Below are positions 46,463 to 59,479 of a stretch of 64,000 nucleotides of DNA, in pieces. This stretch comes from Azolla caroliniana (Eukaryota > Plantae > Polypodiophyta). The notes below the pieces were generated by a model that had not been told where the DNA came from, searched no databases, and saw only the letters and a program-made list of their open reading frames with translations. The first letter of the stretch is position 1. Each line of letters begins with the position of its first letter. The DNA lies in contig JBHGNT010000001.1 of assembly GCA_043228905.1 (NCBI GenBank), positions 16,182,001 to 16,246,000 on the forward strand, in the 5' to 3' direction. The position numbers and the translations under genes were made by a program.

Positions 46463-49400
46463 TCATTTGCTGGTCCCCCCCGATTTGTTCGGGTCGGTTC
46501 GTGTGGATACCGGATCCTTCTGTCGGTTTTCCGGGATCGTCTTTGTCCATATCGGTGTCGGTTCTTCATCTTGCCGGATTTCCGGGTTTTGCTTGAACGG
46601 GTTTGCTGGCATATTTCCCTTATACGGCTTTAGCCGAAATCCATTTGCCCACTTGCCGATGACATCTCCAGACAACGTGCCGAGCTGATATGACCCATTG
46701 TACTCCTTGGTGATCCAGAACGGTCCGGTCCATCGAAACCGCAACTTTCCCGGCATGTTCCCCATCCGTGTCTGGAATAGTAGCACCGGTTTCCCGACTT
46801 CGAACTCCTTTTCATTGCCACGCCGGTGTCGGTCCACGAAAGCTTTTCTCCTCCTTTGCTCCAGTTCGAGTTGTAGTAAGCTGGCTATTCGGTTTTCTTC
46901 TAATTCCAACAACGTCGCCAGCCGGATTCGTTCAGACTCGTTCTCACTTAAGCGCTCCTTCACCTGAATCCGTAAGTTGGGGATCTGGAACTCTACCGGC
47001 ATGACCGCTTCTAAACCGAATGCTAGTCGGAACGGGGTTGTCCGGATGCTGGTTTTGTAGGTTGTTCGGTACGCCCATAGCGCGCTTTGCAATTTCGTAT
47101 CCCAGTCGGTCCGGTTCTCGTTGACGATTTTTCGTAGGATGTTCTGCAGAGTTTTGTTCGTTGATTCCGCTAGTCCATTGGCTTGAGGGTAGTAGGGAGT
47201 ACTCTTTTTATGTACCACCGCGTAAAATGATGTCAGGCTTTCTACTACCTGCCCGAGAAAATGTCCTCCTTGGTCACTTATAAGCTCGATCGGGCATCCA
47301 TACCGGCACCATATGCACTCGTACAGAAACTTTGTCGTGGACGCGGCCGTGTTGTCCCGTAAGTCCTTTGCTTCTACCCATTTGGTGCAATAGTCGGTCG
47401 CCACTATGACATACCGATTTCCGGTTCGCATTGCCGGTGGTTTGAAGGGACCGACAAAGTCCAACCCCCACTTTTGAAACGGTTCCAAGGGCAAGACCGG
47501 GTGGTGTGGCATCCGGGCCTGCTCTGTGGGTTGGCCCAGTCGTTGACACAAATCGCATTCTCTACTATACTTCACGGCATCTTTTAGGGTGGTCGGCCAC
47601 CACATTCCGCTCTGCCATATTTTCCGAGCGGTTGCGTCGCCGGCATAATGCCCACCGGCAATTCCACAGTGGGCTTCCCTGAGGATTAAATCCTTCTCAT
47701 CGCTCCGCACTGCTCTTCTCCAGATGCCATCTGCCCCCTTGTGATAGAGGGTGTCTCCAACCAAGCAGAAAATGTCTACTTCTTACTGCTACCCTTTTCC
47801 TTTCATCGCGGTCCATGTTCTCCGGGGGAACTCGGGTGCTCGGGAACTGATGCATCTCAGTTAGCCATGTGTCTTCATCGGCTACCGTTGTATCCGTTGC
47901 CGGTTTCGTCGTGATCCAAAACAATTCGGCGTCGGGAAACTCATCCTGGACGCCGTCCCCTGCTTCTCCGGATTCGAGTCTGCTTAGGTAGTCCGCTACC
48001 GCATGCTACGCCCCGGGTCGGTGGAAAATGTCGAATTCAAATTCCTGTAGCAGCAGTGTCCACCGTGCAATTTTTCCCGTCAAGGATGCCTTCGAGACCA
48101 GGTAGAGTAGTGCCGAATGGTCGACATGGAAGGAAAACTTCCTTCTGAGCAGATAGTGCCTGTACTTTGTGACACTATACACCATTCCCAATGCCTCGCG
48201 TTCCGTCGTAGAGTAATTCCGTTCGGCTTTTGAGAGTTTCCGGCTTGCGTAGTACACCGGTCGGTACCATTTCGGCTCCGTGAGTTGCATCAGAACGCTG
48301 CCGATTGCTACGTCCGACGCGTCGACGAAGACGTGAAAGCTTTTACTCCAATCCGGCGGTTCCACCACCGGAGCTTGCGACAGCATAACCTTCAACGCTT
48401 TGTAGGATTCCTCCTCCGTCTCCGCCCATAGGAAGGGTACCCTATGTACGGCGGTATGTAACGGTGTAGCGAAGTCTGCGAGGTGCCGTATCATCCGGCT
48501 ATGCCACCTTATTTGGCCCAGGAACCGGCTTAAAGCCTTTGCGTTACTTGGTGTTGGTGCCTCGAGAATCGCCTTGACTTTATCCGGATCTACCGCGATT
48601 CCTTCCTTACTCACCACGTGCCCTAGTAAGTTGCCGCTTGCCACTCCAAAGACGCACTTGGCCGGGTTCAGGCTCAATCGGTACTCGCGGCACTTCTCCA
48701 AGCACAGCCGGAGGTGATCGAGATGCTCTCCGTGCCGGCTGTAGACCGCGAAATCGTCAAGGAAGACCTGCATAAAACCGGGGATATATTCCCCGAAAAT
48801 TTCCATTATTATCCTTTGAAAGGTCGCTAGAGCCGTCTTTAGTCCGAACATCATCACGACCGCGACGAACACTTCCCATTCCGTCACGAACGCTGTCTTC
48901 TCCTGGTCCGCCGGGTTCATTCGTATTTGGTTGTAGCCGCTAAATCCATCCAGGAAGCTGTAAACTTCGTGGCCGGCTACCGCATCTAACACCCCGTCCG
49001 TAAATGGTAGTGGAAACGCATCGGTCACTGTTGCGGCATTTAGTTTTCGGTAGTCCACGCATACCCGGATTTTGCCGTTCTTTTTCGGGACCACCACTAT
49101 CGGACTCAGCCAGGTTGCCTGCTTGACCGGTCGGATAAATCCGACCCGGAGGAGCTTATCAATTTCCTCCTTCACCTTTGCCGCATAATTCGGATTCATC
49201 CGGTACCTGCGTTGAGCGATCGGTTTCGCGTCCGTACTTAGGTGAATTTGGTGCTGATAGAGCTGGGGGTCTAGCCCTCACATGTCTTCGTACGACCACG
49301 CGAACACATCCTTGAAGTCTGTTAATAATGCTACCATTGCCTTCTTTTCTTCCTTCGGCAATTCCTTTGCAACATTTACCGGTCGGGGCTTGTCTGTTGT

Positions 49401-52226
49401 GCCGAGGTCCACCTCCTCGAGTTGGGATGCTTTTACCCTCTGGGATATCGTCATTTCCCTCTCTAGGGATTCCTGCGCTTGTCGCAGTTCCCGGATCGCC
49501 GCTTGGTCCGGTTCATCCGGCGTCGTAATGTACGGTTCTACTGCCGCCGTGATATCCACCTCAAATAGTGGGACGATTCGTGGGTGTTCCTCGAGGTACC
49601 GCTCGACTTCCTCGTCCGGTAATCCCTCCAACATGTTAATGCTTTCCGCATACAATGGAGTTGCTTCCTTACTGGTGATCACCCGTGGTTGCGTCGTTAC
49701 TCGTACCTTTGTTTTCCCTCGCCGGAATGTGATCATGTTCTTTTGCCAGCTCTGCTTGATATGCGTCGTTCGCAGCCATGGTCGTCCTAGCAGTAGGGGG
49801 TACGCGCCTTGTACATTCAGCTGCAGCACCACGGCCGATATCCGGAATACATGGCCTCCGATCGTTACTTCCAAATCCCGGATAAGCCCGGTCGGTCGGA
49901 CTGAGCTGGTATCCGCCATGCGTAACCAGAAGGGGCATGGTTCCCATTCCTGAATGCCCAGGTCGTTGCATGTCTGTTGGCTGATGACATTTACCCCGGA
50001 GCCTCCGTCAATAATCGTTCCAGCAATTTCCTTTCCTTTCACGATTGCCGTGATCGCCGGGCTACTTGTATCGACCACCGCTGGTCCTTCCTCCGGGTTG
50101 GAGAAGAATGTCGGTGCTGGCGTCGGCTTCGGTTTGCTGACGGATGCCTGTAGGTCTGCCGTAAACCGTGGCACTAACTGTAGTAGTCGTGCTAACGGCA
50201 GCACGATTTGACAGTCCTGTAGCGCTTGCCACGTCGGGTTTTCTCCTGGCTGTATGATTTCTTCGTCTTTTAGCATATTTTGGTCTCTTACTTCTGCCGC
50301 ATTCTGTTCATTGGCCTCCTTGATCCATTGTGCCGCTTGTTTTCTGATTGCCTCCTGGGCTTCCCACTCGGCGGTCTTTCCCTTTGACCGGGTTGTGACC
50401 TGCTGTACTTCTGTTATTTCGGTTGTAACCATGTTGACTTCCGGCTGCTTGTCATTGGTTTTTCTTGGGCATTGGTTACTATAGTGGCCTTCCTTACGGC
50501 AGTAATAACAGTACACCTTGTGACTGTTGCTCGTTTCTCCTTTGTCCCCGGTTTGGAGGGTGGGTATGCTCCGGCGGTCGTCTTCGGTTTTTCGGTTATC
50601 CGGTACCGATACCGGGTTGTCATTCCTCACTGCCTCCCGACGTTCCTCTCTTCGGAAAAATCCACGCTTCTGATTCCGTCGGAAATTTCGGTTCCCTTGT
50701 CGCCTCTCTTCTCTGCGTTGGTCGTATTCCGGGGATTCGTCTCGGTCGTACCGGTCCCGGGGGTAGCTATCTCTGCGTCTCTCCTCTCGGTCATAGTTGT
50801 CGCGTCTTCTATCAGCGTATCTGTTACCGCGTTCGCGTTGGTAGCGGTCGTCTCTCCGGAATCGATCCTCGTCCGGGTTCTGATTGCGCGGTTCTATGTG
50901 TCGAACCGGTGCTGCCTGCCGATTTAACAGGTTATATTCGCATCGGTCCGTTGTATGGGCTCGAGAGTTGCAGATCATACATTGTGTCCGCAGGGTGCAG
51001 TCTACTATTGAGTGCCCCGAATTTAGGCATGTTGTACATTGTAAGGCCTGTCGGAACCTCAGGTTTTCCTCCTTTGGGAGTGCCCGGTGTAACATCCCCA
51101 TCGACAAGAAGGGGCTAGTCTTGTCCATTTCTAAAACCCGATCAATAACTTGGTCCATTGTGCTGGTTTGGAAATCAAGGACTCCGCACATTGTTCGAAG
51201 TGGCTCTTTCAGTGCGGCCAAAAAGACTGCTTTGGCTTCGTCTTCGGGTGGTGCTCTTGTCAGTTGGCTGTGCAGGGTTTGAAACCGAATGATGAATTGT
51301 GGCACAGTCTCGTTCTCTTCCTGCCGGGTGGTGTAGAACTGCCCGACCAATTCCCTTTGCTCAAATTGTCTGTGAAAAAGCCTGAGGAATCTGGCCTTCA
51401 AGGCATCGAATGTGGCAAAGCTGCCCGGTAAGTGCTTTGCGTGCCATCGGGCCGCCGGTCCTTCTAAGGTTATGCCGAATTCGGTGACTTTGGATCGTTC
51501 GGCTTCGGGCTCCGTCAGTCTTTGGGAGACATGGTTGGCTTCCCATGTTTGGAGGAATGCGTACACGTGTGCCTCCGCGTCGGCCTCATCCCGGTACTTT
51601 GGGTATGGGTACGGCATCGTGTCGTCCAACTGACTCTCCTATTTCCTCCGCTCTCTGTCCGCTGTTGGCGTTGGTGTGAGAACCTTTGGTTCCTCCGCGG
51701 GTGTTGCCGGTGTCCGGTCCTTTGGTTCCTCCGCGGGTGTTGTCGGTATCCGCTCCTTCAGTTCCTTCGCGGTTGTTGTCGGTATCCGGTCAGCCTCCCT
51801 CGGCGATTGCCGGTCACCGAATTCCAAGGTTATTTCTTCCTCTGGCGCCGGTGTTACTGAGTCTTCCGACCCCTCGTCCTCCCGGTCGTTTGGTGTGTCG
51901 TGGCTGCTTTTATACCGGGACGCAACGCTTCCGTCGCTTTCCGACTCCGCCTCAAGTGTTGCGAATGCTTCCGAGTCCCTGTCGCCCCCGGCGAGCGTCT
52001 GCAGTATCGTTTCCGCCTCTTGCAGGCTTGTTATGCTACTGCCTTCGTCGGGGATTTGCAGAACCCGGAACTGCAGTGCTTCTTCTGCGACTCTCCGAAG
52101 AGTTTTGGAGAATGACCGATCCCGCCGGATCTCGTCGACGGCTTGCTGCAGGGCTTCCCGTCGTTGCTCGCGTTCGGTGTATTGTCTCCCTCGTTCGGTG
52201 ATGTGGTCGTCGTTTGGTCTAGACAT
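46463..52226 (-). pseudogene. gag-pol: gag-pol polyprotein (single ancestral ORF), three nonsense codons and a frameshift near 47770-47830
   Basis: Same-frame ORFs 51639-52310, 49278-51629 and 48006-49199; CCHC knuckles, IIDGGS, FLDDF, VDASD, WGLDFVGP, GPF. Confidence 0.92.
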
Positions 52227-52260
52227 CCATCCCCCGGTTGTCCTCTGCACTTTGCAGGAA

Positions 52261-52272
52261 TCGTGGTCGCCA
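52261..52272 (-). promoter_or_regulatory. PBS, probably tRNA-Arg (UCG-type)
   Basis: TGGCGACCACGA, 6 nt after the 5' LTR and upstream of the gag ATG. Confidence 0.75.
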
Positions 52273-53237
52273 AAATAGTGTTGTCTGTCTGGCCGAACTA
52301 GCCTCAACACAAGTGTCTATCCGACACTTCTCCAAAGGGGTGGTAAGGATTGGATGCTAGGTTACACGCGTAAGATGATTACAATTAAGCACAGACGGTA
52401 ACAATACGAGATACAGATAAACACGCAATAATTACTATTGTATTACTTCCGTCAAAACCCTTTACAAATCATCGGATCCTTTTATAGGCATCCGGCAAGG
52501 TTACAATCGGTGCGCTTAGGCAACCGACATCCGAATCGGTCCGGATCCGGATCGGTACAACTGTACCGGATCCGTCCCTTCGAATAATAATTCTACTATT
52601 ATTTACTTCCTATTATCCGATCCGACTCCGCCTTCCCACTTGTCCTTGCTCTTCTGACCGGCCAACACCTAGATCGTATTAAACAACCTCCACCCCCAAT
52701 CAAGCTTGAAGATGGACCTGAGTACGAGGTTGCCGCCATCCTCGATTCCAAGATTGTTCGCAACAAGCTCTACTATTTAGTCGATTGGCCAGGATATAGT
52801 CCCAGCGAGCGTACTTGGGAAGCAATAGAGAAAGGGACTAATTCTCGTGCTCTTCTTGAAGATTTCCATCGTCAATATCCAGACAAACCGGGTCCTCAAT
52901 CCAAAACGACTCGTGACACTCGTCGTTTTAAAGGGGGGATAGTGTCATGATATGGCAAGACTCGAACCCATGACCTTATGTTACATGGGTTGAGCTCTTG
53001 ACTATTAAACTATATATTGTAATACGAAGAATATTATTTTCATTTAGGTTTTAATATAGAAAATTGATGTATATTCCAAATTTCTCTAGAACATTCTAGA
53101 AACTTCAGGAGTACTCCTGAGAACACTATAAAAGGAGGCACAAGGCATTATTTCGAACCAAATCAGTTCAATGCCAGCCTTAAGCCTCCTAGATACTATT
53201 GTATATTCCCTTAACATAATATATATCTTTTGGTATC

Positions 53238-53279
<42 letters not shown>

Positions 53280-54247
53280 AGCTCTCTCCTTCTCTCGAGA
53301 GTTCTACACTTCCCTTAGTACTAATCCTCATCGTTTAGTACTAATTCCTTCTCTGTTTTAATATTGTTCTTGACAATACATCTCTGTCTTAGTACTGCTC
53401 CTGACTCCTCGTCCACCACGACCACGGGGATGATCCACCTCTGTGTACAATATCTTGCTGCCAGTGTGCGTACTTGTCGACGCATCCGAGTGGTTTTCTT
53501 CTACGAGCAACATCGATTGTAGCTCGAAAAATGAAGGCATATTCTCCCTCATGCAGACCGTTGTTTGGAATGCTCCGAGCTTTGACCCCAACCCTCCGAG
53601 GCAAACCTGCACCATTTCGTCCTCTTCAACGTTCACGTTGACGGAGGCTAGAGAGTCGCAGATCTCCTTGATTGTGGAGGTATAGTAAGCCATCGACATG
53701 TCTCTTTGTCGGACATTGCTCAGCTCTTGCCTGAGCTGAAGGTTTCTAGTTGTGGTGCTCGTGGCGAAAATCTTCTTCAAATTTCCCCAAGCATCCTTCG
53801 CCGTCCTGGCATCCCGAATGTACCTCAAAAGTTGATTGCTCACACAGGATGCAAAGCAATAGAGAACTCTGCTTGCCGCCTGTTCCCAGGCCGGGAAATC
53901 TCTATGTGTCGATTCGGGTGCTGCATCATTAACTCCTTCGACGTAACTCCAGTAACCATGCCCGAGCATGTACTGCTGCATCTTGTACGACCAAGACACA
54001 TAGTTGCTCCTATCGAGCTTTTCCGTCGGAAGTGAGCTCCCATTCCTCTATCCACGTTCCTGTCTTTTCTTTTCTGAAAGCGAGAAACTTGACTCTATCT
54101 TGTGCACTTGCGTTTCTGTCGGCTGCAGAGGAGTCTCAACCCTCGCGCTTTGATACCATGAAAAGGAATACGTCTGCGGAAGCATGTGCGATAGACACTT
54201 AATACATAGTTGGTTTTGGAAAGTTGACAATTAGGTAAACACAGAGA

Positions 54248-54301
<54 letters not shown>

Positions 54302-55551
54302 CAAACAACAACTTCTATTTCTAATAATGAATGCTTTGTACATGCATTGTGCTCAGTGAGCACTTTTTATACAAGCCCCTAACAAGTGGGCTGACACAAG
54401 TACCATCCGTACTTGAATGCTCATAAATGAACCTGACACTAAATCTGTCTACAATATTCATATTTACAATAGTAGGAATATAGGCCCTCAATGGTCTTTC
54501 GGAATCCTTCCTACTCGGCTCTCGGCCCTCGACGCTCTACTCTCAGACCTCGGCTTCTTCAGCCGATTCTACCCATGTTGAGCTTGTCTCTCAACATGAT
54601 GCAAAATGATACCTATAGATGATGACAATGACAATGAAGAGGGCGGAACAATGATGATAATGAAGGATCATGCAAAGTAGTGTTCATGAGGATAAAGGTT
54701 GGGAGAAGTGGCGTTGATGAAGACAACAAGAGGTGCTGAAAAATGATGATGTCGAAGAGGAGGCAGTGAAGACGATGATGATAAGGAAGCTTCTCTAGGA
54801 GGAACGATTGTGACTATGGTGACGATGGTGTCTCTAAAACCAAGGATGTTGATGACGATAACTCTGGATCAAGGTTGTTAGGTACGTTAGATACGGTACA
54901 GATACCATACGTATATAACGTATTAATACGCGTATAGTACCTCCCAATTTAAAAATACGTTAAATACATTTTTAATATGTTAAATACTTATAAAATACAT
55001 CAAATGTATTTTACGTACAGTACGTTAAATACTTGCACAATTTGAAAATTATTTACCTTTCTAAAAAATATTTGTAATATTGTAAAGAGCATCTATGTTT
55101 ACACAATTTTGTGATGTACATTATAGTTCTACATCCTAAAATGCATATAAGACATTTGAACATTTCACATCCTAAAATACTTATAATATGGATGTCGACA
55201 TTCACTTATTCTATAAATCAATGTCAGTGTGTATCATGATGTTCTATTTCAAATTGTAATTATTTACGACTATGCCTTCATAGATTGAGGAATCATCTAT
55301 GATTATCACACTAAGGATAGGTTTTTGTCTTCTTTATCTTCTTCTTCTATTTTTTGTGATTATCACAGTCAGAGTTAGGACAAGTTTCTATCTACTTTTC
55401 TCTCTTTTTCTTCTTCTTTGTGTCGTCATCTCTTCTGTTCTTCTTTCTTCCTTCTTATTGCTTCTTTTTCACTAAAAAAAAATTTCTTTACTTTTTGTTG
55501 GGGTTTTACTTACATTTTTTTATAAATACGTATTATACCTATTTTATCCAA

Positions 55552-58500
55552 TGTTAGTTAAATACTGTATTGGACAAATGTACATGATATTTGATTGAAC
55601 AACATTGAGGTATAGTACGAATTATCAGCATGCAGACAAGAGAAAGGAATAAGGATATTTAGAAGAAGTAGAATGGAGATATTATTATTATTACAAAGAG
55701 AGAATATTATAAATAATAGTTTGCATGCAAACAAGAGAAAAGATAGAGTTTCTTGTTGAAGCAAAATGGTGAGATATTTATTATAAAGAGAGAATGTTAC
55801 AACTAGAGAATTAAGAGAATGATCGATAATGTAATCTAGAAGGCTGGAGACTGGTGTTGAACCGGAATAACTTGAAAATAGTGAGGGGCTTCAATTTATA
55901 GGAGTAGGTAATGACACATGCAAGAGCCAGCAATGCCACATGTCATCCCTTCATGAGTTTCCTCAAATGTTCTAGAAAGTTCCACAATGTTCCATAATGA
56001 TCCAGAATGTTCTATAATGGTGTATGCATACATCTCTTAATAATGACATGAATTATTATCACATAACCTAAATGACCTAGTGGGTAAGGTGCTATAAGAT
56101 GAGTGCTAGGGTCGAGGGTTCGAGCTTTGGCATGACCAGTAATCATGACACTATCCCCCTCTTAAAACGATGAGTGCCACGAGTCACCAGGGACGAAAGG
56201 CTAGGTTTTCCCGAATACTTGCGATGGAAGGAATTCACAAGTGCTTGAGCATAGTAACGTTGTCGATAGGCTCCCAAGTACGATCATTGGGACTATATCC
56301 AAGCAAATCCACCAAGTAATATAGCTTATGGCAAATGATCTTGGAATTAAGGATAGTTGCAACCTCATATTTCGGGTCATCAGTGAGTTGAATGATAGGT
56401 GGAGGTGTGACAATACGATGTGGAATAGTGGTAGTAGTACAAGGCACAAGAAGTGAACAATGAAATACTAGGTGAAGATGCATATGGGAAGGTAGATCCA
56501 AGTGAAAAGCTACATCATTTATTTGTGCAACAATCTTGAATGGGCCTAAGCGTTGATGATCCAATTTATCACCAGGACGTGTTGTTCGCACATGTCGTCA
56601 TAGAAGCCATACAAAATCTCCCTTTTGGAAGTTATGTGGAAGTCAATGTCGATCGGCGGCTGGCTTATGGGATGCTTGGGCGTGTTCTAGGTGGGTCAAC
56701 ACCTCTTTTAGAATATGTCTAATGTGGGATACTCGATTTTTGGCCACTGGATTAGTTGGAACTTCAGAAAGCTCTAAGAAATTCCATCGAGGGTGATGAC
56801 CTGTATCTGCAAAAAATGGAGTGACCTTAGTGGAAGAGTGGACAGAATTGTTTTATGCAAAATCCACAAAATGAAGAATATCAACCTAATCATCTTGTTG
56901 ATAGCTGATAAAACAACAAAGATATTGTTTTAATGTTTGATTGGTTCTCTCAGCCTAACCATCAGTTTGCGATGATAACTTGAAGAGAGGTTGCAAGAGA
57001 TCTTGAGTAGTGATAATAAATGCCGCCAAAATTTTGAGATGAATTGTGGCCCACGATCACTAACGATGTTATCTGGAAAGTCATGATGTCGAAATACCTC
57101 TCGCATAACAAGATCACTTGTCTCCTTGTTGTTGATGGGCTTCGTACATGGTAGGAAATGTGCCATCTTTGTAAAGCGGTCCACCACTGTCAAGATAGTA
57201 TCAAACCCTCGAGAAGGGGCAAATCGGTAATAAAATCAAGTGAAATAGATTGCCAGGGTTTTGTTGTGATTGGCAATGGTTGTAACAATCCATAAGGATG
57301 GTGACGAGGCATTTTTGTACGACAACATGTGTCACATGTACGAACATACTCCTCAACAAAATTATGGAGCTTAGGCCACCAAAATGCTCGATTGACTAGC
57401 TCTAAGGTCTTTTGAATCCCAAAATGCCCAACCATATAAGTTTCATGGCAATGTTGTAACACCTTAAGACGAGAAGATTTATCAGGGGCATAGAGAAGAC
57501 CCTTATAAAATAGTGGATCATTCTGCCATGTGAATTTATTCTAATCTACATGAGGATGTTGTGCCTTAGAACAAAAAACGTGATTCCGATCAATGTGATC
57601 GAGAACTTCTTGAGCAAAGACATCTATTTGAAGATCTTGGCGAATAGAATTAAGGATGTTGGAATCAATTGGCATGTGTGAAATTTCCACTGCTTGTAAC
57701 CATGCAGGTCCTAAAAGAATTTGCTTTTTATGATCAAATGTTGCCTCACCAGGACGAGGTGCAAGATATGTCCTTTGAGATAAAGCATCTACCTTGCCTT
57801 GTTGTGATCCAAGCCAATATAGAATTTTAAACTCAAAATGAGTGAGGAATTGTGCCCACCAAGCCTGCCACCTTGTCAACACCCGAGCATTATGAAAGTA
57901 TGTTAGGTTTTTGTAGTCATTGTAAACTAGTATTTGATGAAGAGAACCCTCCAAGAGATGTCAGCATTGCTCAAAGGAGTCAACAATAGCTAGCAATTCT
58001 CATCTCCCTGTTGTGACAAGATGCTTCCGAGAGCAAAATCTGACGCATCAACTTCCATAATAAATGGTTTGTGGGGATCAACATGAGCTAACATAGGGGC
58101 AGATGTAAATGCCTTTTTTAAATCCATAAATGTCGTGGTTGCACCAGGTGTCCAACTTTGCATAAAGGCCATATTCACGCAACCGTTGTAAAACTTGCCG
58201 AACATGGGCATTATGCTCTTCCTGTGTCTTGGAATAGATCAGTAGATCATCTAAGTAAATAATCAAAAAGATATCTAGATCCCGAAAGATATCATTAGCC
58301 ATATGCTGAAAAACTGCAGGTGCATTAGTAAGTCCAAACGGCATGACTATATATTCAAAATGGCCATATCGAGTGCGAAAAGTCGTCTTCCATTCATCGT
58401 CAGGATGAATCCTGACAAGATTATAAGCACCTCGGAGATCAATTTTAGTAAAAAAATTTGCCCCACTAATCTGTTCTAAAAGGCTAGAGATCAAAGGTAA

Positions 58501-58930
58501 TGCATACCAATTTCTGATAGTGACTTTATTCAACCCTCGATAATCCACCACCAAACAAAGTGAGCCATCTTTCTTTTTCACAAAGAAAATGGGTGCCCCA
58601 GCTGGAGACTTTGAATGTCGAATGAATCCTTTTGCTAGATTTTCATCAATGTATTCCCGAAGAACCTCCAACTTTGTTGGCGACAAATTATAGATCGGTC
58701 CCCACGGTGGCTCTTTCACTGGTTGTAGGTCGATGGGACAATCATAAGGTCGATGCTCAAGGAGTATACCAGCTTTCACTTTGTCGAAGACATCTGCAAA
58801 TTCTTTATACTTGTGTGGAAGTTTAATCTTTGAACTACCCTCAGAGTCTTTAAAAGGCTTTGTTGATATTGCAAATAAAAACATCTCCTCCTTTCTTCCT
58901 TCTTTGCATAATTGTTGTAGCGAAATAGTA
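55552..58930 (-). mobile_element. Second Tcn1-like chromovirus family, degenerate 3' part (LTR about 55552-56150, PPT, pol)
   Basis: PPT AAGAGGGGGATAG; chromodomain YEVATIL..YYLVD..TWEP; IN, RH and RT (YLDD) fragments. Confidence 0.85.
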
Positions 58931-58960
58931 GAAAATTTGGGGTATTTAGCCTTTACACTA

Positions 58961-59421
58961 TGTTATGTACACATAACGTTGGTGAGGGTAGGTCACTAAT
59001 ATTTACATTAGTGAAGGGACTAATGATTGGATAGAAGGAATGATAGGTGCATGCACTATATTGATTTGGACAACCAATGAATGGAGAGCCTGTTAGAAAG
59101 GCAAATCTATTCAAGGGGCCTAGGAAAAGGTATAAATATGAGGCTTAGCTACCCTCATAAGGACATTACGTCGAAAGGCTGTTGTCTTAGACATTGGTGG
59201 TGCGGGCTATGCTTTCGTCTCGAGGATTGTGTTTATCTCTTCCAAGGTATTAGTCATCCTAATATCCGGCGGAATAGGACGTCAGTGGTAGGTTAGCTAC
59301 ATCTAGATCATAGCTTGGGGGTGGTCCAGTGGAATGGGTTCTTCTATCCAATCTATTTTCTTTCTTTTACTTTATTTTGGTCTATTGATTAGTAATAGAC
59401 TCTTAATAGTGGTATTAGAGC
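58961..59421 (+). repeat. Probable LTR remnant with Met-type PBS
   Basis: TGTTA start, TATAAA at about 59131, followed by TGGTATTAGAGC (59410-59421). Confidence 0.5.
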
Positions 59422-59479
59422 TTTTACTAACAAATATTTTTGTTGTTTTGATATTTTTTGCGTGTGAACGATGGGGATC

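Larger units (their letters stand above)
42698..52667 (-). mobile_element. Complete non-chromoviral Ty3/gypsy element with an extra 3' ORF (Athila/Selgy/Phygy-like architecture; clade uncertain)
   Basis: 389-bp LTRs 42698-43086 and 52279-52667 (2 differences seen); perfect TSD CCTAG; gag-PR-RT-RH-IN with no chromodomain and no evident second RNase H. Confidence 0.95.
38227..53406 (+). mobile_element. Tcn1-like chromovirus, degenerate, with an RT deletion; interrupted by the 42698-52667 gypsy
   Basis: LTRs 38227-38653 and 52943-53406; flanks TCTCG/CCTCG; gag about 38751-39878; pol about 39866-42697 plus 52673-52950 (chromodomain); PPT before 52943. Confidence 0.9.
36398..54596 (-). mobile_element. 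Ty1/copia element, 5' part (LTR 54159-54596, PBS Met, gag-PR-IN), split by the 38227-53406 insertion
   Basis: PBS TGGTATCAAAGCG at about 54146-54158; gag 53407-54050 continues at 38226; WYVDSG, IHLDVWGP, FYWAEAV. Confidence 0.82.

Noticed and set aside
49282-52278. Multiple plus-strand ORFs of 100-220 aa
   Set aside because: They are antisense shadows of GC-rich gag-pol with no independent motifs.
42698-52667. Reading the element as plus-strand, with 43089 as the only PBS
   Set aside because: All ORFs and the LTR TATA box are on the minus strand, and the right end has a PBS-like TGG motif rather than a PPT, so flipping the orientation does not restore a canonical structure.
54597-55551. Acidic GAT/GAA-rich stretch and AT-rich region with TACG-rich subrepeats (possible DNA transposon end)
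   Set aside because: I could not establish an ORF, a matching terminus or a TSD, so it is left unannotated.
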